Below are positions 30,957-41,630 of a DNA stretch of 64,000 nt, piece after piece; the stretch's first letter is position 1, and every line of letters starts with the position of its first letter. The translations under genes and the position numbers were made by a program. This stretch comes from an uncultured delta proteobacterium (GTDB lineage Bacteria > Myxococcota > Myxococcia > Myxococcales > Anaeromyxobacteraceae), in contig CAWJSR010000010.1 of the NCBI GenBank assembly GCA_963845515.1, positions 1 to 64,000 on the forward strand, read 5' to 3'. Below the pieces are notes generated by a model, which saw nothing but the letters and a program-made list of their open reading frames with translations, made no database searches and was not told where the DNA came from.

Positions 30957-32597
30957 ATGGCTAAGCAGTTACAGTTCGGTACAGAGGCACGCGCCGGTCT
31001 GCAGCGCGGTATGGAAGTCCTGGCGAATGCCGTTGTCACCACCCTTGGGCCGAAGGGCCGCAACGTGGCTCTGGATAAGAAATGGGGCTCCCCCACCATC
31101 ACGCACGACGGCGTGACGGTTGCCAAGGAGATCGAGCTCAAGGATCCCTTCGAGAATATGGGCGCGCAGCTCCTCAAAGAAGCTGCGACCAAGACCAACG
31201 ATATCGCCGGCGACGGCACCACGACCGCGACGCTGCTTGCGCACGTCCTGATCGAGGAAGGTATGAAGAATGTCGCCGCGGGCGCGAACCCGATGCTGCT
31301 CAAGCGCGGCATCCTTGCCGCCGCCGATAAGGTCGCTACCGCGCTCGCGAAGACGGCCATTGAGGTCAACACCAAGGCCAATATCGCCAACGTCGCCTCC
31401 ATCTCCGCCCAGGACCGCCAGATCGGCGACCTGATCGCGGACGTGATGGACAAGGTCGGCAAGGATGGCGTCATCACCGTTGAGGAATCCAAGGGCCTCG
31501 AGTTCGAGACCGAGTACGTCGAGGGTATGCAGTTCGATCGTGGCTACATCAGCGCCTACTTCGTGACCAATCCTGAGACGATGGAAGCTGTCATCGAGGA
31601 TGCCTACATCTTGATTCACGACAAGAAGATCTCGTCCGCACAGGACCTGGTGCCGATCCTGGAGAAACTGGTCCAGAAGGGCGCCCGCAACTTGGTCATC
31701 ATCGCCGAGGATATCGACGGCGAGGCGCTGGCCACGTTGGTCGTGAACAAGCTGCGTGGTCTGCTCACCGCCGTCGCGGTGAAGGCCCCCGGCTTCGGGG
31801 ATCGCCGCAAGGCCATGCTCGAGGATATCGCTACGCTGACCGGCGCCACCGTCGTTACCGAGGAGCAGGGCCGCAAGCTCGATAGCGCCACGCTGGCCGA
31901 CCTGGGTCGCGCTGACAAGGTCATCACCACCAAGGATGACACCACCATCGTCGGTGGCCATGGGGATGATCGCCTGATCCAGGGCCGCATCGAGCAGATC
32001 AAGAGCGAGACCGAACGCTCCACCTCGGACTACGATCGCGAGAAGTTGCAGGAGCGGTTGGCCAAGTTGGCCGGTGGCGTTGCCATCATCCGCGTCGGTG
32101 CCGCGACCGAAACCGAGCTCAAGGAGAAGAAGCACCGGGTTGAGGACGCGCTGAGCGCGACCCGCGCCGCGGTAGAGGAAGGGATCGTCCCCGGTGGCGG
32201 TGTGGCCCTCGTCAACGCGGTGTCCGCGCTGGACGGGATGGAGATGACCTACCCCGACGAGCAGACCGGTGTCACCATCCTGCGCAAGGCCCTGTTGGCG
32301 CCTATCCGCAGGATCTCCGAGAACGCTGGCGAGGACGGGGCCGTGATTCTGGCCAACGTTCGCCGAAGCCAGGTCGAGCACAACAACCTGCATATGGGCT
32401 ATGACGTGATGAGCGGCGAGTACGTGGATATGATCGAGGCCGGCATCATCGATCCCGCCAAGGTCACCAAGGGCGCGCTGCTCAATGCAGCCTCCGTGGC
32501 CTCGATGGTGCTCAGCACCGAGGCGCTGATCACCGACATTCCGGAGCCCGACAAACCCGCTCCTCCCGCCGGCGGTGGCGGCGGCGGAATGTACTAA
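30957..32597 (+). CDS. groEL: chaperonin GroEL
   Basis: [30 protein letters not shown], Gly-rich tail. Confidence 0.99.
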   Translation: MAKQLQFGTEARAGLQRGMEVLANAVVTTLGPKGRNVALDKKWGSPTITHDGVTVAKEIELKDPFENMGAQLLKEAATKTNDIAGDGTTTATLLAHVLIEEGMKNVAAGANPMLLKRGILAAADKVATALAKTAIEVNTKANIANVASISAQDRQIGDLIADVMDKVGKDGVITVEESKGLEFETEYVEGMQFDRGYISAYFVTNPETMEAVIEDAYILIHDKKISSAQDLVPILEKLVQKGARNLVIIAEDIDGEALATLVVNKLRGLLTAVAVKAPGFGDRRKAMLEDIATLTGATVVTEEQGRKLDSATLADLGRADKVITTKDDTTIVGGHGDDRLIQGRIEQIKSETERSTSDYDREKLQERLAKLAGGVAIIRVGAATETELKEKKHRVEDALSATRAAVEEGIVPGGGVALVNAVSALDGMEMTYPDEQTGVTILRKALLAPIRRISENAGEDGAVILANVRRSQVEHNNLHMGYDVMSGEYVDMIEAGIIDPAKVTKGALLNAASVASMVLSTEALITDIPEPDKPAPPAGGGGGGMY

Positions 32598-32620
32598 GCC
32601 GTACACAGAGCCGAAGCACA

Positions 32621-32656
32621 AAAGAGGGGGGTGCGACAGTGTCGCGCCCCCTCTTT
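32621..32656. terminator. bidirectional terminator between groEL and the feo operon
   Basis: aaagagggg...cccctcttt hairpin. Confidence 0.7.
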
Positions 32657-32691
32657 CGTACACAATTCCGGAGCCGTTCGCCGCAGATGCT

Positions 32692-32949
32692 TCAGTCGTT
32701 CTGGAGCGCGAAACGCCCCTTCGCGGTCAGCGTCCAGAGGCGGAGATGCCGTTGGACGCCGCAAGCAGCAGTCAGACCACACCCGTCACAGCCCTCAGCA
32801 CACGTAGCTGCCTCTGTAAGGTACCCCCGCGCCGTCAACTGGTCGACCATTTGCCCGACCAGCACCTCGGTGACTCCCATCGCCTCCGCCAGTCCTCGCT
32901 GGGTCACAACCTCACCTTGTGCGACAAGGGCCAACAGCCGCTGCAGCAT
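32692..32949 (-). CDS. feoC: FeoC-like winged-helix protein
   Basis: wHTH followed by CAEGCDGC....C; follows feoB. Confidence 0.85.
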   Translation of the reverse strand: MLQRLLALVAQGEVVTQRGLAEAMGVTEVLVGQMVDQLTARGYLTEAATCAEGCDGCGLTAACGVQRHLRLWTLTAKGRFALQND

Positions 32950-32952
32950 GCC

Positions 32953-35007
32953 TCACGCTCCCATCATAGCGGTACCCACCTGGTAGACCAGGATTCCGGC
33001 ACCCAGGGAGAGCGCAAGCATCAGTCCGACGCCGACGACGGTCCACTTCCACGATCCCGTCTCCTGCTTCATCGCCGCTACTGTCGCTACGCAGGGAACG
33101 AAGAGCATCTGCACGACCAGCAGCGCGAGCGCGGCAGGCGTAGTGAGCAGTGCCGGCAATACGCTCTGGACATCGCCATAGAGCACACCGAGCGTCGCGA
33201 TGGTGTTCTCCTTAGCCACAAAGCTCGTCAGCAGCGCCACTAGCACCGGCCACGGAAGGCCCAGAAGCCGCCCGATAGGCTCCAGCGACCGCCCGATGGC
33301 GGCCAGATAACTCTGACTCACATCGCCGCGAACTGGAAGGTAGGACAGAAGCCAGACCACAACAGACGCGATCAGGATCACGCTGCCCGCCTTCTGCAGG
33401 AATGCAATCAGGTTGCGCCAGACATAGATCCCGATGGTCCGAGCGTTAGGGAGATGGTAGAGCGGAAGCTCCATGATGAACACGGAGTCCTCGCTCCTGG
33501 TGAAGACCCGGTCGAACACCTGTCCCAGGCCAACCAGAACGAGCAGGTTTACGGCGACCAGGGCCCAGACGATGGGACCGGCCGCTCGGCCAAAGAAGGC
33601 CGCCCCCAGAATGGCGGTCACGGCGAGGCGTGCGGCGCACGGCACAAACGGAGCCAAGAGGATGGTGAGAAGCCGGGCTCGGCCCGTGTCCAAGATGCGC
33701 GTACCGAGAACCGCCGGTACGTTGCACCCAAACCCCAGCAGCAGCGGCATGAAGCTCTTACCGTGGAGGCCCATGCTGTGCATCATCCGATCGGTCACAA
33801 AGGCGGCGCGCGCCATATAGCCGGTGTCCTCGAGAACACCCAGCGTCACGAAGAAGATCGCCAGAATGGGCAGGAAAGTCACCACCATGCCGGCCCCCCC
33901 GATTACACCGTCAGCAAGCAGATCTACCATCCAGAGAGGAGCACCGGCCTGACCCAGCCAGCCCCCAAGGCTCAGCGCTACCTGCTGCATCAGGCCATCC
34001 AACCAACCTTGCATAGGATTGCCAACAGCATAGGTGAGCCCAAATACGGCCGCCAGGATTCCGAGCAGCGCCGCGGTTCCCCAAAGCGGGTGGGTGAGCA
34101 AGGAATCGAGCCGCGACGTCAGCCCAACTTGCCCCACGTGAGGGCGGACCACGGCGGCGCGGACCATCCGGCCTACCCATTCATAGCGCGCCCCGGCGAT
34201 GTCAAGGATCGCGTCCTCGTGGCGGTGGAGCACGTCGTGCAACGCATCGCTGACGGATCGAGGCAGCAGGCCCTCCATCATGGCATGGATCTCGTCGTCG
34301 CCTTCCAGGAGCTTAAGCGCGACCCAATCCACCGGGTACGGCTCGCGGACATGGGAGGCGATCAGCGCGATGAGGTGTGCCAGCACCTCCTCGTGCGCTG
34401 GGAGGATGGTAGGCCGCCGTGGGTCGTAAGGGTACGTTCGATCGGCGATCGATAGCACGGCGTCGAGGAGCTTCACGATCCCTTCACTTCGGGTAGCAAC
34501 CATCGGTACGACGGGGATCCCCAGCGCCGCTTCCAGGACGTGCGGCTCGATCTGCACACCCTGCTGGCCGGCCACATCCATCATGTTGAGCACCAGGACA
34601 ACGGGGGCCGGCAACAGGAGCAGCTCAGAGAGCAAGTAGAGGCTGCGCTCGGGAATTGCCGCGTCAACGATCGCCACGACCACATCGGGCTGCTCATGCA
34701 GGATGAAGTCGCGCGTGATGCGCTCCTCCACAGAGGCCGCCGTCAGGCTGTAGGTGCCCGGCAGATCCACCAGCAGGAGATCCGTGTCGTGGTAACTGTA
34801 TCGTCCGGTTTTCTGCTCCACCGTCTTGCCGGGCCAGTTGCCGACGTGTTGGCTGAGGCCGGTCAGCGTGTTGAAGATGGTGGACTTACCGACATTGGGC
34901 TGCCCCGCCAGCGCCACCACAAACAGGCCTCTGTCTGCCTCGCGCGCCTGGCGAACCTCAGTCTTGGAGGAACCCGAGACCTCTGAGCCGTGGGCGTGGT
35001 GGTTCAT
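32953..35007 (-). CDS. feoB: ferrous iron transporter FeoB
   Basis: GQPNVGKS, VGNWPGKTVE, DLPGTYSL, GFGCNVPA, FIMELPLY. Confidence 0.98.
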   Translation of the reverse strand: MNHHAHGSEVSGSSKTEVRQAREADRGLFVVALAGQPNVGKSTIFNTLTGLSQHVGNWPGKTVEQKTGRYSYHDTDLLLVDLPGTYSLTAASVEERITRDFILHEQPDVVVAIVDAAIPERSLYLLSELLLLPAPVVLVLNMMDVAGQQGVQIEPHVLEAALGIPVVPMVATRSEGIVKLLDAVLSIADRTYPYDPRRPTILPAHEEVLAHLIALIASHVREPYPVDWVALKLLEGDDEIHAMMEGLLPRSVSDALHDVLHRHEDAILDIAGARYEWVGRMVRAAVVRPHVGQVGLTSRLDSLLTHPLWGTAALLGILAAVFGLTYAVGNPMQGWLDGLMQQVALSLGGWLGQAGAPLWMVDLLADGVIGGAGMVVTFLPILAIFFVTLGVLEDTGYMARAAFVTDRMMHSMGLHGKSFMPLLLGFGCNVPAVLGTRILDTGRARLLTILLAPFVPCAARLAVTAILGAAFFGRAAGPIVWALVAVNLLVLVGLGQVFDRVFTRSEDSVFIMELPLYHLPNARTIGIYVWRNLIAFLQKAGSVILIASVVVWLLSYLPVRGDVSQSYLAAIGRSLEPIGRLLGLPWPVLVALLTSFVAKENTIATLGVLYGDVQSVLPALLTTPAALALLVVQMLFVPCVATVAAMKQETGSWKWTVVGVGLMLALSLGAGILVYQVGTAMMGA

Positions 35008-35010
35008 GCC

Positions 35011-35241
35011 TCAGACCTCCGGCCGGTGCGCCATGATCTGGGCGGCCTCGCCACGGCCGAGCGCGATCTGTGCACCTCGAACCGCGACGAGGATCGGCCC
35101 CTTGCCGTAGTTCCTGACAATGGTGACCGGTGCCCCGGTGGTGAATCCCAGAGCTGCGAGACGCGAGACAAGGTGGTGTCCACCTTCCAGACTGCCAATG
35201 TACCCGACTTCTCCCGGATTCAGCTTTGCGAGTGAGACCAT
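35011..35241 (-). CDS. feoA: FeoA
   Basis: RLAALGFTTG...GPILVAVRGAQIALGRGEA. Confidence 0.93.
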   Translation of the reverse strand: MVSLAKLNPGEVGYIGSLEGGHHLVSRLAALGFTTGAPVTIVRNYGKGPILVAVRGAQIALGRGEAAQIMAHRPEV

Positions 35242-35258
35242 CGGATAGATCATCCTCC

Positions 35259-35909
35259 CTACAATGGCTCCAGCCATATCGCCTGTGCATCGGCTGCCGG
35301 GATCCCCACATTCCGACCCGCCTCAGCCAGCAGAGCGATACCGGTGCCGTCCGGTTTCTGCTCCATCACCCGCACGCGGGCACCTGGTCCCAGGGCCAGC
35401 TGCGCAATCCGCCGAAGCAGCTCGGGCGTCTCGGGCGCTATGCGCGTGACCCGGGCTTCAGTTCCGACGCCCAGGCTACGCAGACACTGGTCCAGCGAAG
35501 AGGCTGCCTGAGGCGGGATCGGGGCGCCGTGAGGACACGCTTCGGGCTCACCCAGGAAGCTCGCCAACCTCTCGGTCACAGCCTCCGGGGCTGCGTGTTC
35601 CAGGTCACCGGCGATAATGTGCGCCTCGTCCCACGGCAATGCGAGCACATCACTGAGGAAGCGCTCCCACAACCGGTGTCGCCGGAGCAGTGCCAACGCA
35701 GCCTCCGTACCGGATTCGGTCAGAGCCACACCACGGTACGGATGGTACTGCACCCAGCCCCCCTCCTCCAGCTTCTGCACCATCTCGTGGATCGAGACCG
35801 GCGAGAAGCCGAAGTACTCAGCAAGTTGCGTCAGAGGAAGCGGCGTCTCGGCATCAACGCGCAACCTGTAGACCGCCCCAAGGTACTCCTCTACCCGCTC
35901 CTGCCGCAT
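35259..35909 (-). CDS. DtxR/MntR-family metal-dependent repressor with a C-terminal FeoA-like domain
   Basis: EEYLGAVYRL, RRHRLWERFL, LEHA, CPHGAPIP. Confidence 0.95.
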   Translation of the reverse strand: MRQERVEEYLGAVYRLRVDAETPLPLTQLAEYFGFSPVSIHEMVQKLEEGGWVQYHPYRGVALTESGTEAALALLRRHRLWERFLSDVLALPWDEAHIIAGDLEHAAPEAVTERLASFLGEPEACPHGAPIPPQAASSLDQCLRSLGVGTEARVTRIAPETPELLRRIAQLALGPGARVRVMEQKPDGTGIALLAEAGRNVGIPAADAQAIWLEPL

Positions 35910-35931
35910 CGAGCCCTCCGACCCCGTCAAC

Positions 35932-35967
35932 CTCAGAGATTATAAGGCATGCCTTATAATCTCTGAG
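35932..35967. promoter_or_regulatory. perfect 36-bp palindrome, probable DtxR/MntR operator
   Basis: ctcagagattataaggca|tgccttataatctctgag; abuts a minus-strand TTGACA(35993)-N16-TATACT promoter. Confidence 0.85.
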
Positions 35968-36100
35968 TATACCGGCTTGCCCGAGCCTGTCAAGGGCCAA
36001 ATGGCTGTGGATAGCGGCGAGCTCCCGGTGTGAGCGGCAGTCAACAGCACGTCATGGCGCCTTGCCCTTACTCCACTCGATGCTATCATACGCCAGCGTT

Positions 36101-37285
36101 ATGGACGACGACGAGACGATTCGATCACTGCCCGACAGCGCTGGACGCCACTGCCCTACGTGCGGAGCGCGCGTTGCCGATGAAGCCACAGCCTGCGCCA
36201 TATGCGGGGCTGTGCTCGGTGATTCGTCCGAAGAGGGCGGAGGGTCCACGGGTGCGGATCGATCGGTTGGTGAAGGTACGGGCGGACGTAGCCGCTCACG
36301 ACGGATTCTGCGGTTTGCGATTCTGGCACTGATCGCCGTTGCGGTGCTTGCGGGTGCTGCTGCTCTGGGGCTGAGTATGTCGCGAGGCGAAATCAGCCCC
36401 GAACTGCCCACCCTAACGCCGACGGCGACCTTTCGGCCGACAGCCACCCCGAGCCCAACAGTGACACCCACTGCCACACCGACATCGGCACCAACCGAGA
36501 CGCCGACACCCATCCCCCCAACCGAGTACACCGTTGTCGCTGGGGACACCATGCTAGCAATTGCGGTGGAGTACGGCACCACCGTCGATGAGCTTCTGGC
36601 CTTCAATGGCATGGAGTCCGACGCGATCGGTGAGGGCCAGATCCTGCTGATCCCCGCGCCCACGCCAACACCCGGGCCCACGCCAACGCCGGACCCTGAG
36701 CAACCGACTGAGACGCCCAGTCCCTACATCCTTCACACGGTCCGGAGCGGCGACACGCTGTCGACGATTGCGGAGCAGTACGGGGTCAGCATCGACACGA
36801 TCCGCGCTGCGAACGAAGACCTCCCGGACAACTCGCAGCATATCGTGATCGGCTTTGTCCTGGTGATCCCGCGCAACACACCGACACCTACCCCCCCGCC
36901 ACTAGTGGAGGCCACCCCCACGCCGGCAACGGTCATGCGCTATCCGGCACCGACAATGCTCTATCCACGCGATGCGGCCACCTTTGCGGGTCCCGACGCC
37001 ACGGTTGCCCTGCAGTGGGCATCAGTGGGTATACTTGAGGAACGTGAGTACTACCAGGTAGAGCTACTCATTCCGACAGGGGAACAGAATATCACCGAGG
37101 AGGTGATCCTGCGGTCGACCGTGTGGCGCGTCCCGAGCGAGCTGTTCCCGCCGGCGACGGTGGAAGATCGCACATTCTCCTGGCGCGTTCTGGTCGTGCG
37201 TCAGGTCACGAGCGCGGACGATACCAGTTACAGGGTCATCAGCCAGGCAGCACGCCGGCGCACCTTCACCTGGGCTACAGAGTAG
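36101..37285 (+). CDS. membrane-anchored 2x LysM protein with an N-terminal zinc ribbon
   Basis: CPTCG...CAICG, TM helix, PT linkers, YTVVAGDT and HTVRSGDTLSTIA. Confidence 0.9.
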   Translation: MDDDETIRSLPDSAGRHCPTCGARVADEATACAICGAVLGDSSEEGGGSTGADRSVGEGTGGRSRSRRILRFAILALIAVAVLAGAAALGLSMSRGEISPELPTLTPTATFRPTATPSPTVTPTATPTSAPTETPTPIPPTEYTVVAGDTMLAIAVEYGTTVDELLAFNGMESDAIGEGQILLIPAPTPTPGPTPTPDPEQPTETPSPYILHTVRSGDTLSTIAEQYGVSIDTIRAANEDLPDNSQHIVIGFVLVIPRNTPTPTPPPLVEATPTPATVMRYPAPTMLYPRDAATFAGPDATVALQWASVGILEEREYYQVELLIPTGEQNITEEVILRSTVWRVPSELFPPATVEDRTFSWRVLVVRQVTSADDTSYRVISQAARRRTFTWATE

Positions 37286-37366
37286 TCGGGCTGTCCCTCC
37301 CAGGTACTGTCCTTACAGGAAGCCCTTTGTGCTCAGCCGGGCGACCAGGACCTGCACCGCGGGTCC

Positions 37367-37841
37367 CTACCCGATGGACATCTTGCCCAACATCACCAGA
37401 AACAGTAACCCAATGACGGCGATGTCGAGTAACAGCAGAATCGCCAGCACGGCCTGTTGCCAGGGCAGCAGTCCCGGAATGAGGGGCGGGGATGACGTCC
37501 TGACAGCAACAGCGACGCGGCGCCAACGCAAGAGCCTCGGCATCCACTTCGCCGCGCAGCGACTCGATCACCTCGCCCTCATCCAGAGCCGCGACGTGTC
37601 GCGCCGCAGCGGGCGTGCTCAGAGCCTTCCCAGTCCCACCGGCGTCGCCGTCCCATCTTGAGCTCGGGGCCGCCTCCTCTGCGACCGCCGGGGGCGTCCG
37701 CAGGAAATCCCACTCCGTGGTCCCCTCGTCGGCATCCGTCTCCGCTACCTCCGGGCTGGGCGGTGTTACCTCTTCACCTTCATCTTCGTCAGCGTCCCGC
37801 TGTGAGGCTAGCTCCACCAACCAATCGGGGATGTCACTCAT
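37367..37841 (-). CDS. acidic hypothetical protein with a C-terminal TM helix (frameshift near 37500)
   Basis: MSDIPDWL start; an alternate frame gives WQQAVLAILLLLDIAVIGLLFLVMLGKMSIG*. Confidence 0.6.
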
Positions 37842-37985
37842 CGCTCTTCCTCCGCTTCAGGCGCCCGTTTGCTCGCCTTTGTTGCCTGCGTACCGGATCA
37901 AACCATCACTATACACAAGATACTCCATTCGCCCGCTCAAGTCAAACCAGCGGCGTAATCCGGCGGTCGCAGGCGCGGAACAGAG

Positions 37986-38600
37986 ATGCTGAACCCGCGA
38001 CCAGCAATCAGCCTTCCACGCTCGTTCTACGCGCGCGAGCCGGATGTCGTGGCACAGGCGCTCATCGGCAAGCACCTGGTGCGCGTGCTCGGTAATCAGC
38101 GCTTGGTCGGGCGTATCGTCGAAGCCGAGGGCTACCGCGGTCTCGAGGATGCTGCGAGCCACGCGTCGTCAGGCCCTACTCCCCGCAACCGCCCGATGTT
38201 CGGCCCACCGGGCTTCACTTACGTCTACTTCATCTACGGCATGCACTGGATGTTCAACATTACGGCACACCCCGAAGGCACACCTGGGGCGGTGCTGATC
38301 CGGGGTCTGGAGCCTTTGGAAGGTGTCGAGGCGATGATCCGCAGCCGCGGTGGATGGGCACTCGCGAAAGGTCCACGCCTCACCAGCGGTCCGGCTCGAC
38401 TCGCTCAGGCGCTGGACATCAACGGGACACTGAACGCCATCGACCTGTGTGGTGCCGGCCCACTCGCTGTCACCGAAGGGGCTTTGCTCGCCGGCGAACA
38501 GGTCGTCTCGGGCCCGCGCGTACGGGTTCCTGGGGACAAAGAGGCCCAGGAACGCCCATGGCGCTTCTGGATTGCGGCGAGCCCGTACGTCTCGTCCTGA
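37986..38600 (+). CDS. mpg: DNA-3-methyladenine glycosylase (MPG/AAG family)
   Basis: GRIVEAEGY, YVYFIYGMH, AVLIRGLEP, SGPARLAQAL, PWRF. Confidence 0.95.
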   Translation: MLNPRPAISLPRSFYAREPDVVAQALIGKHLVRVLGNQRLVGRIVEAEGYRGLEDAASHASSGPTPRNRPMFGPPGFTYVYFIYGMHWMFNITAHPEGTPGAVLIRGLEPLEGVEAMIRSRGGWALAKGPRLTSGPARLAQALDINGTLNAIDLCGAGPLAVTEGALLAGEQVVSGPRVRVPGDKEAQERPWRFWIAASPYVSS

Positions 38601-38790
38601 GACTCCGCGGGCAACCTACCGCGCCACAGGGTCACAAATGAGGCGGTCGCATCCAGCGGTGTTGAGCGCGTCACACGATCTGATATGAGGATCTTCCTGA
38701 CTCTGGCCGTCCGCATGGTCTGGCAGCGTTGCCAGGCAAGGGATAGCGCCGGACGCTTTGGGATCCGGCGTCTCGAGCTGATGACTCCGC

Positions 38791-40110
38791 CTACCCGCCG
38801 AAGCGCCGGCGCAACACGTCTTCCAGTGTCGGCTGCCCGATCACTTGAAGCTCATAGCGGACCCGTTCCATCGGATGCTCGATCTTCAGCAGACGTGTGA
38901 GGTCTATCGGCGTGCCCACGAGCACCAAATCACACGGTGTCTGGTTGATCGTCTCCTCGAGGTCACGGATCTGCTTCTCGCCATAGCCCATCGCCGGGAG
39001 TACAGTACCGGTTGTCGGATACTTGGCGTAGGTCTGGGCGATCGAGGCCACGGCGTAGGGTCGCGGATCGACGACTTCAGCTGCCCCGAAGCGCTGTGCA
39101 GCTACATAGGCCGCGCCGAAAGCCATCTCGCCGTGCGTCAGCGTTGGGCCATCCTCGATGACCAGGACGCGCTTCCCGCGGATCCGCTCGGGATGGTCCA
39201 CAAAGAGCGGAGATGCGGCCTCTATGACTGTCGCATCGGGGTTTACGGCGGATACATTTGCGTAGATCGCCCTGACATTGGCGTAGTCCGCCGTGTCCAT
39301 CTTGTTGATGACGATCACATCGGCTGCGCGGAAGTTCGATTCGCCCGGATAGTAGGCCATCTCATGGCCGGAGCGGTGCGGATCGGCCACCGTGATCCAG
39401 AGGTCGGGCCTGTAGAACGGAAGATCGTTGTTGCCACCATCCCAGACGATCACGTCGGCCTCCTGCTCGGCCTGCCGCAGGATCGCCTCGTAGTCGACTC
39501 CGGCGAAGACTACCAGACCGCGATCGATGTGTGGCTCGTACTCCTCGCGCTCCTCAATAGTGCAGTCGTGACGGTCCAGGTCCGCGTAGGAAGCGAACCG
39601 TTGCACAGCCTGCTTGACGAGATCGCCATAGGGCATCGGGTGGCGCACCGCGACCACCTTCTTGCCCATCGCCTGTAACACATCACAGACGTGTCGCGTC
39701 GTCTGGGACTTCCCGCAGCCCGTACGCACGGCGCACACAGCCACGACGGGTTTGGTGCTCTTCAGCATCGTCGCCCGCCCGCCCATCATGCGGAAGTCCG
39801 CACCCTGTGCCAATACCAGCGACGCTTTGTGCATCACATACGTGTGCATGACATCGGAGTACGAGAACACCACCTGGTCCACTTCACGATCGTTCATGAG
39901 CTGGATGAGCTCGCTCTCGGGGTAGATGGGCACGCCGGCCGGGTACTGCGCGCCTGCGAGCTGCGGAGGGTATCGACGTCCCTCGATATTGGGGATTTGC
40001 GTCGCCGTGAAGGCGACAACCTCATACCGGTCGTTGTCCCGGAAGTAGGTGTTGAAGTTGTGGAAGTCGCGGCCCGCAGCCCCCATAATGATGACCCGGA
40101 TCGGTTTCAT
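38791..40110 (-). CDS. ArcE/CpgS-like P-loop ligase (candidate arginine synthetase)
   Basis: MGAAGRDFHNFN, RTGCGKSQT, VRHPMPYG, EEREEYE, WDGGNND, EDGPTLTHG. Confidence 0.85.
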   Translation of the reverse strand: MKPIRVIIMGAAGRDFHNFNTYFRDNDRYEVVAFTATQIPNIEGRRYPPQLAGAQYPAGVPIYPESELIQLMNDREVDQVVFSYSDVMHTYVMHKASLVLAQGADFRMMGGRATMLKSTKPVVAVCAVRTGCGKSQTTRHVCDVLQAMGKKVVAVRHPMPYGDLVKQAVQRFASYADLDRHDCTIEEREEYEPHIDRGLVVFAGVDYEAILRQAEQEADVIVWDGGNNDLPFYRPDLWITVADPHRSGHEMAYYPGESNFRAADVIVINKMDTADYANVRAIYANVSAVNPDATVIEAASPLFVDHPERIRGKRVLVIEDGPTLTHGEMAFGAAYVAAQRFGAAEVVDPRPYAVASIAQTYAKYPTTGTVLPAMGYGEKQIRDLEETINQTPCDLVLVGTPIDLTRLLKIEHPMERVRYELQVIGQPTLEDVLRRRFGG

Positions 40111-40287
40111 GAACGTAGCTCCTTGCTGTGATGGTTGCGCACAGAACTGCACCGTGGACCTGAACTGCTCCCGGGGCAACGCCGTCTGCGCCCAAGCGTG
40201 AGCATAGCACACCGGTCCACAGGGCTCAAGTGAGGTTCTATGCAGGAAAATCGGAGGATCGACCTTAGGCGGCCGATTTCGGGGACT

Positions 40288-40731
40288 TCAGGACTCCTGC
40301 GGTCGTGCGAGCGCCTGAGCGACCTCTTCCTGATGAGGCACCAGCGCTCCCAGTACCCCATTGACGAAACGTGGCGAGGCGTCAGCACCGTACTCCTTTG
40401 CCAACTCCACTGCCTCGTTGATCGCCACCTTGACCGGAACCCTGCCTACTGTGAACTCATAGAGCGCCATCCTAAGCACATTCCGGTCGATGACCGCGAT
40501 CTGGTCCAGCGGCCATTCCGGAGCATGGGTCTGGATGTAGCCATCAAGCTCTGCGGTAACCGCCACAATACCCAGCACCAGCGCCCGGGCGTAGTCTACC
40601 GCACGAGAACTAGGCTCGAGAAGCGCCCCGAACAGCTCCTGCATTACCTCTTCCGGCGGGTGCCGGACAAGATCGATCTCATACAACGCCTGCAGCGCTA
40701 GCTCGCGCGCTAGGCGGCGTTCACCCTTCAT
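40288..40731 (-). CDS. nusB: transcription antitermination factor NusB
   Basis: RRLARELALQALYE, IDRNVLR, VAINEAVELAK, FVNGVLG. Confidence 0.97.
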   Translation of the reverse strand: MKGERRLARELALQALYEIDLVRHPPEEVMQELFGALLEPSSRAVDYARALVLGIVAVTAELDGYIQTHAPEWPLDQIAVIDRNVLRMALYEFTVGRVPVKVAINEAVELAKEYGADASPRFVNGVLGALVPHQEEVAQALARPQES

Positions 40732-40784
40732 GGAGCAGCTCTCCTAGCCAGATAGGAACCCGTTGCCACACGCGTAACTACTGC

Positions 40785-41147
40785 CTAGGCTGCTTCGTCA
40801 GGCTGCCAGGTCTCGGGGGGGGCGTACACAACGTCTTCGATGTGGACATTGACCGCCTCGACCGGCATACCGATCATCTGTCGAACAGCGCGCGTAACCT
40901 CGTGCTGCACCCGGCGCCCCAACTGCAGCAGGCTTTGGTCAGGTCCTGCCAGGATGTGCAGATCAACCAAGACGCGACCGTCACGAACCAGGACCGACAC
41001 CGAGTGGCCCGACGTTCCCAGCAGTCGATCGACATCACGCTCGGCGATCCCTGCTACTCCAGGGACGCCAAGCGCCGTGAGGCGAGCAATCGTCTCCAGA
41101 ACAACAGGCTCGACCGTCACCGCACCCGGAATCGTGTTAGGCTCCAT
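40785..41147 (-). CDS. Asp23/Gls24 family protein
   Basis: VLETIARLTALGVPGV...VNVHIEDV; upstream of nusB. Confidence 0.88.
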   Translation of the reverse strand: MEPNTIPGAVTVEPVVLETIARLTALGVPGVAGIAERDVDRLLGTSGHSVSVLVRDGRVLVDLHILAGPDQSLLQLGRRVQHEVTRAVRQMIGMPVEAVNVHIEDVVYAPPETWQPDEAA

Positions 41148-41335
41148 AGGTCCTTCTCCTGTGCCACTTACTCAAGCACCGCAGCTCTGGAAAAGCGACG
41201 GGCCTCCGCAGAGGCCCGCTTCTGAACAACTGAGTGACACCGTCTCGACCGTGTGTCCAACCGCACCCCAGACCCTAGGTCCGTCTTGCGGCAGACACCC
41301 ATCGTCCGACTCGGCAGCGCGTGCCGAGTCAGCAC

Positions 41336-41527
41336 TTACTCCTCGGCGACCTGGACGACCTGCCGCCCACGATACTGTCCACAGTGTGGGCACACGTGAT
41401 ACGGCTTTACCAGCTCGCCACACTTCTCACATGCAACCAAAGTGGGGAGGGACGGGGATCGATAGTTACTCGCTGTACGCCGGTCGCCCCGGCTGGATGG
41501 AGTTCGTCTCTTTGGTACCGCAGGCAT
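41336..41527 (-). CDS. rpmF: 50S ribosomal protein L32
   Basis: AVPKRR, CEKCG...HVCPHCGQYRGRQV. Confidence 0.93.
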   Translation of the reverse strand: MPAVPKRRTPSSRGDRRTASNYRSPSLPTLVACEKCGELVKPYHVCPHCGQYRGRQVVQVAEE

Positions 41528-41630
41528 CTTTCTTCTTCTCCCTTGTCGCTATGAATCACCACACCACAATCCCAGGACTACGCTCCCTGGAACGTGACGC
41601 AGGTTCATTATACCGAAAAGCCGCGCCGTG

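Noticed and set aside
30969..32663. 564-aa ORF antisense to groEL
   Set aside because: A shadow ORF produced by high-GC codon bias.
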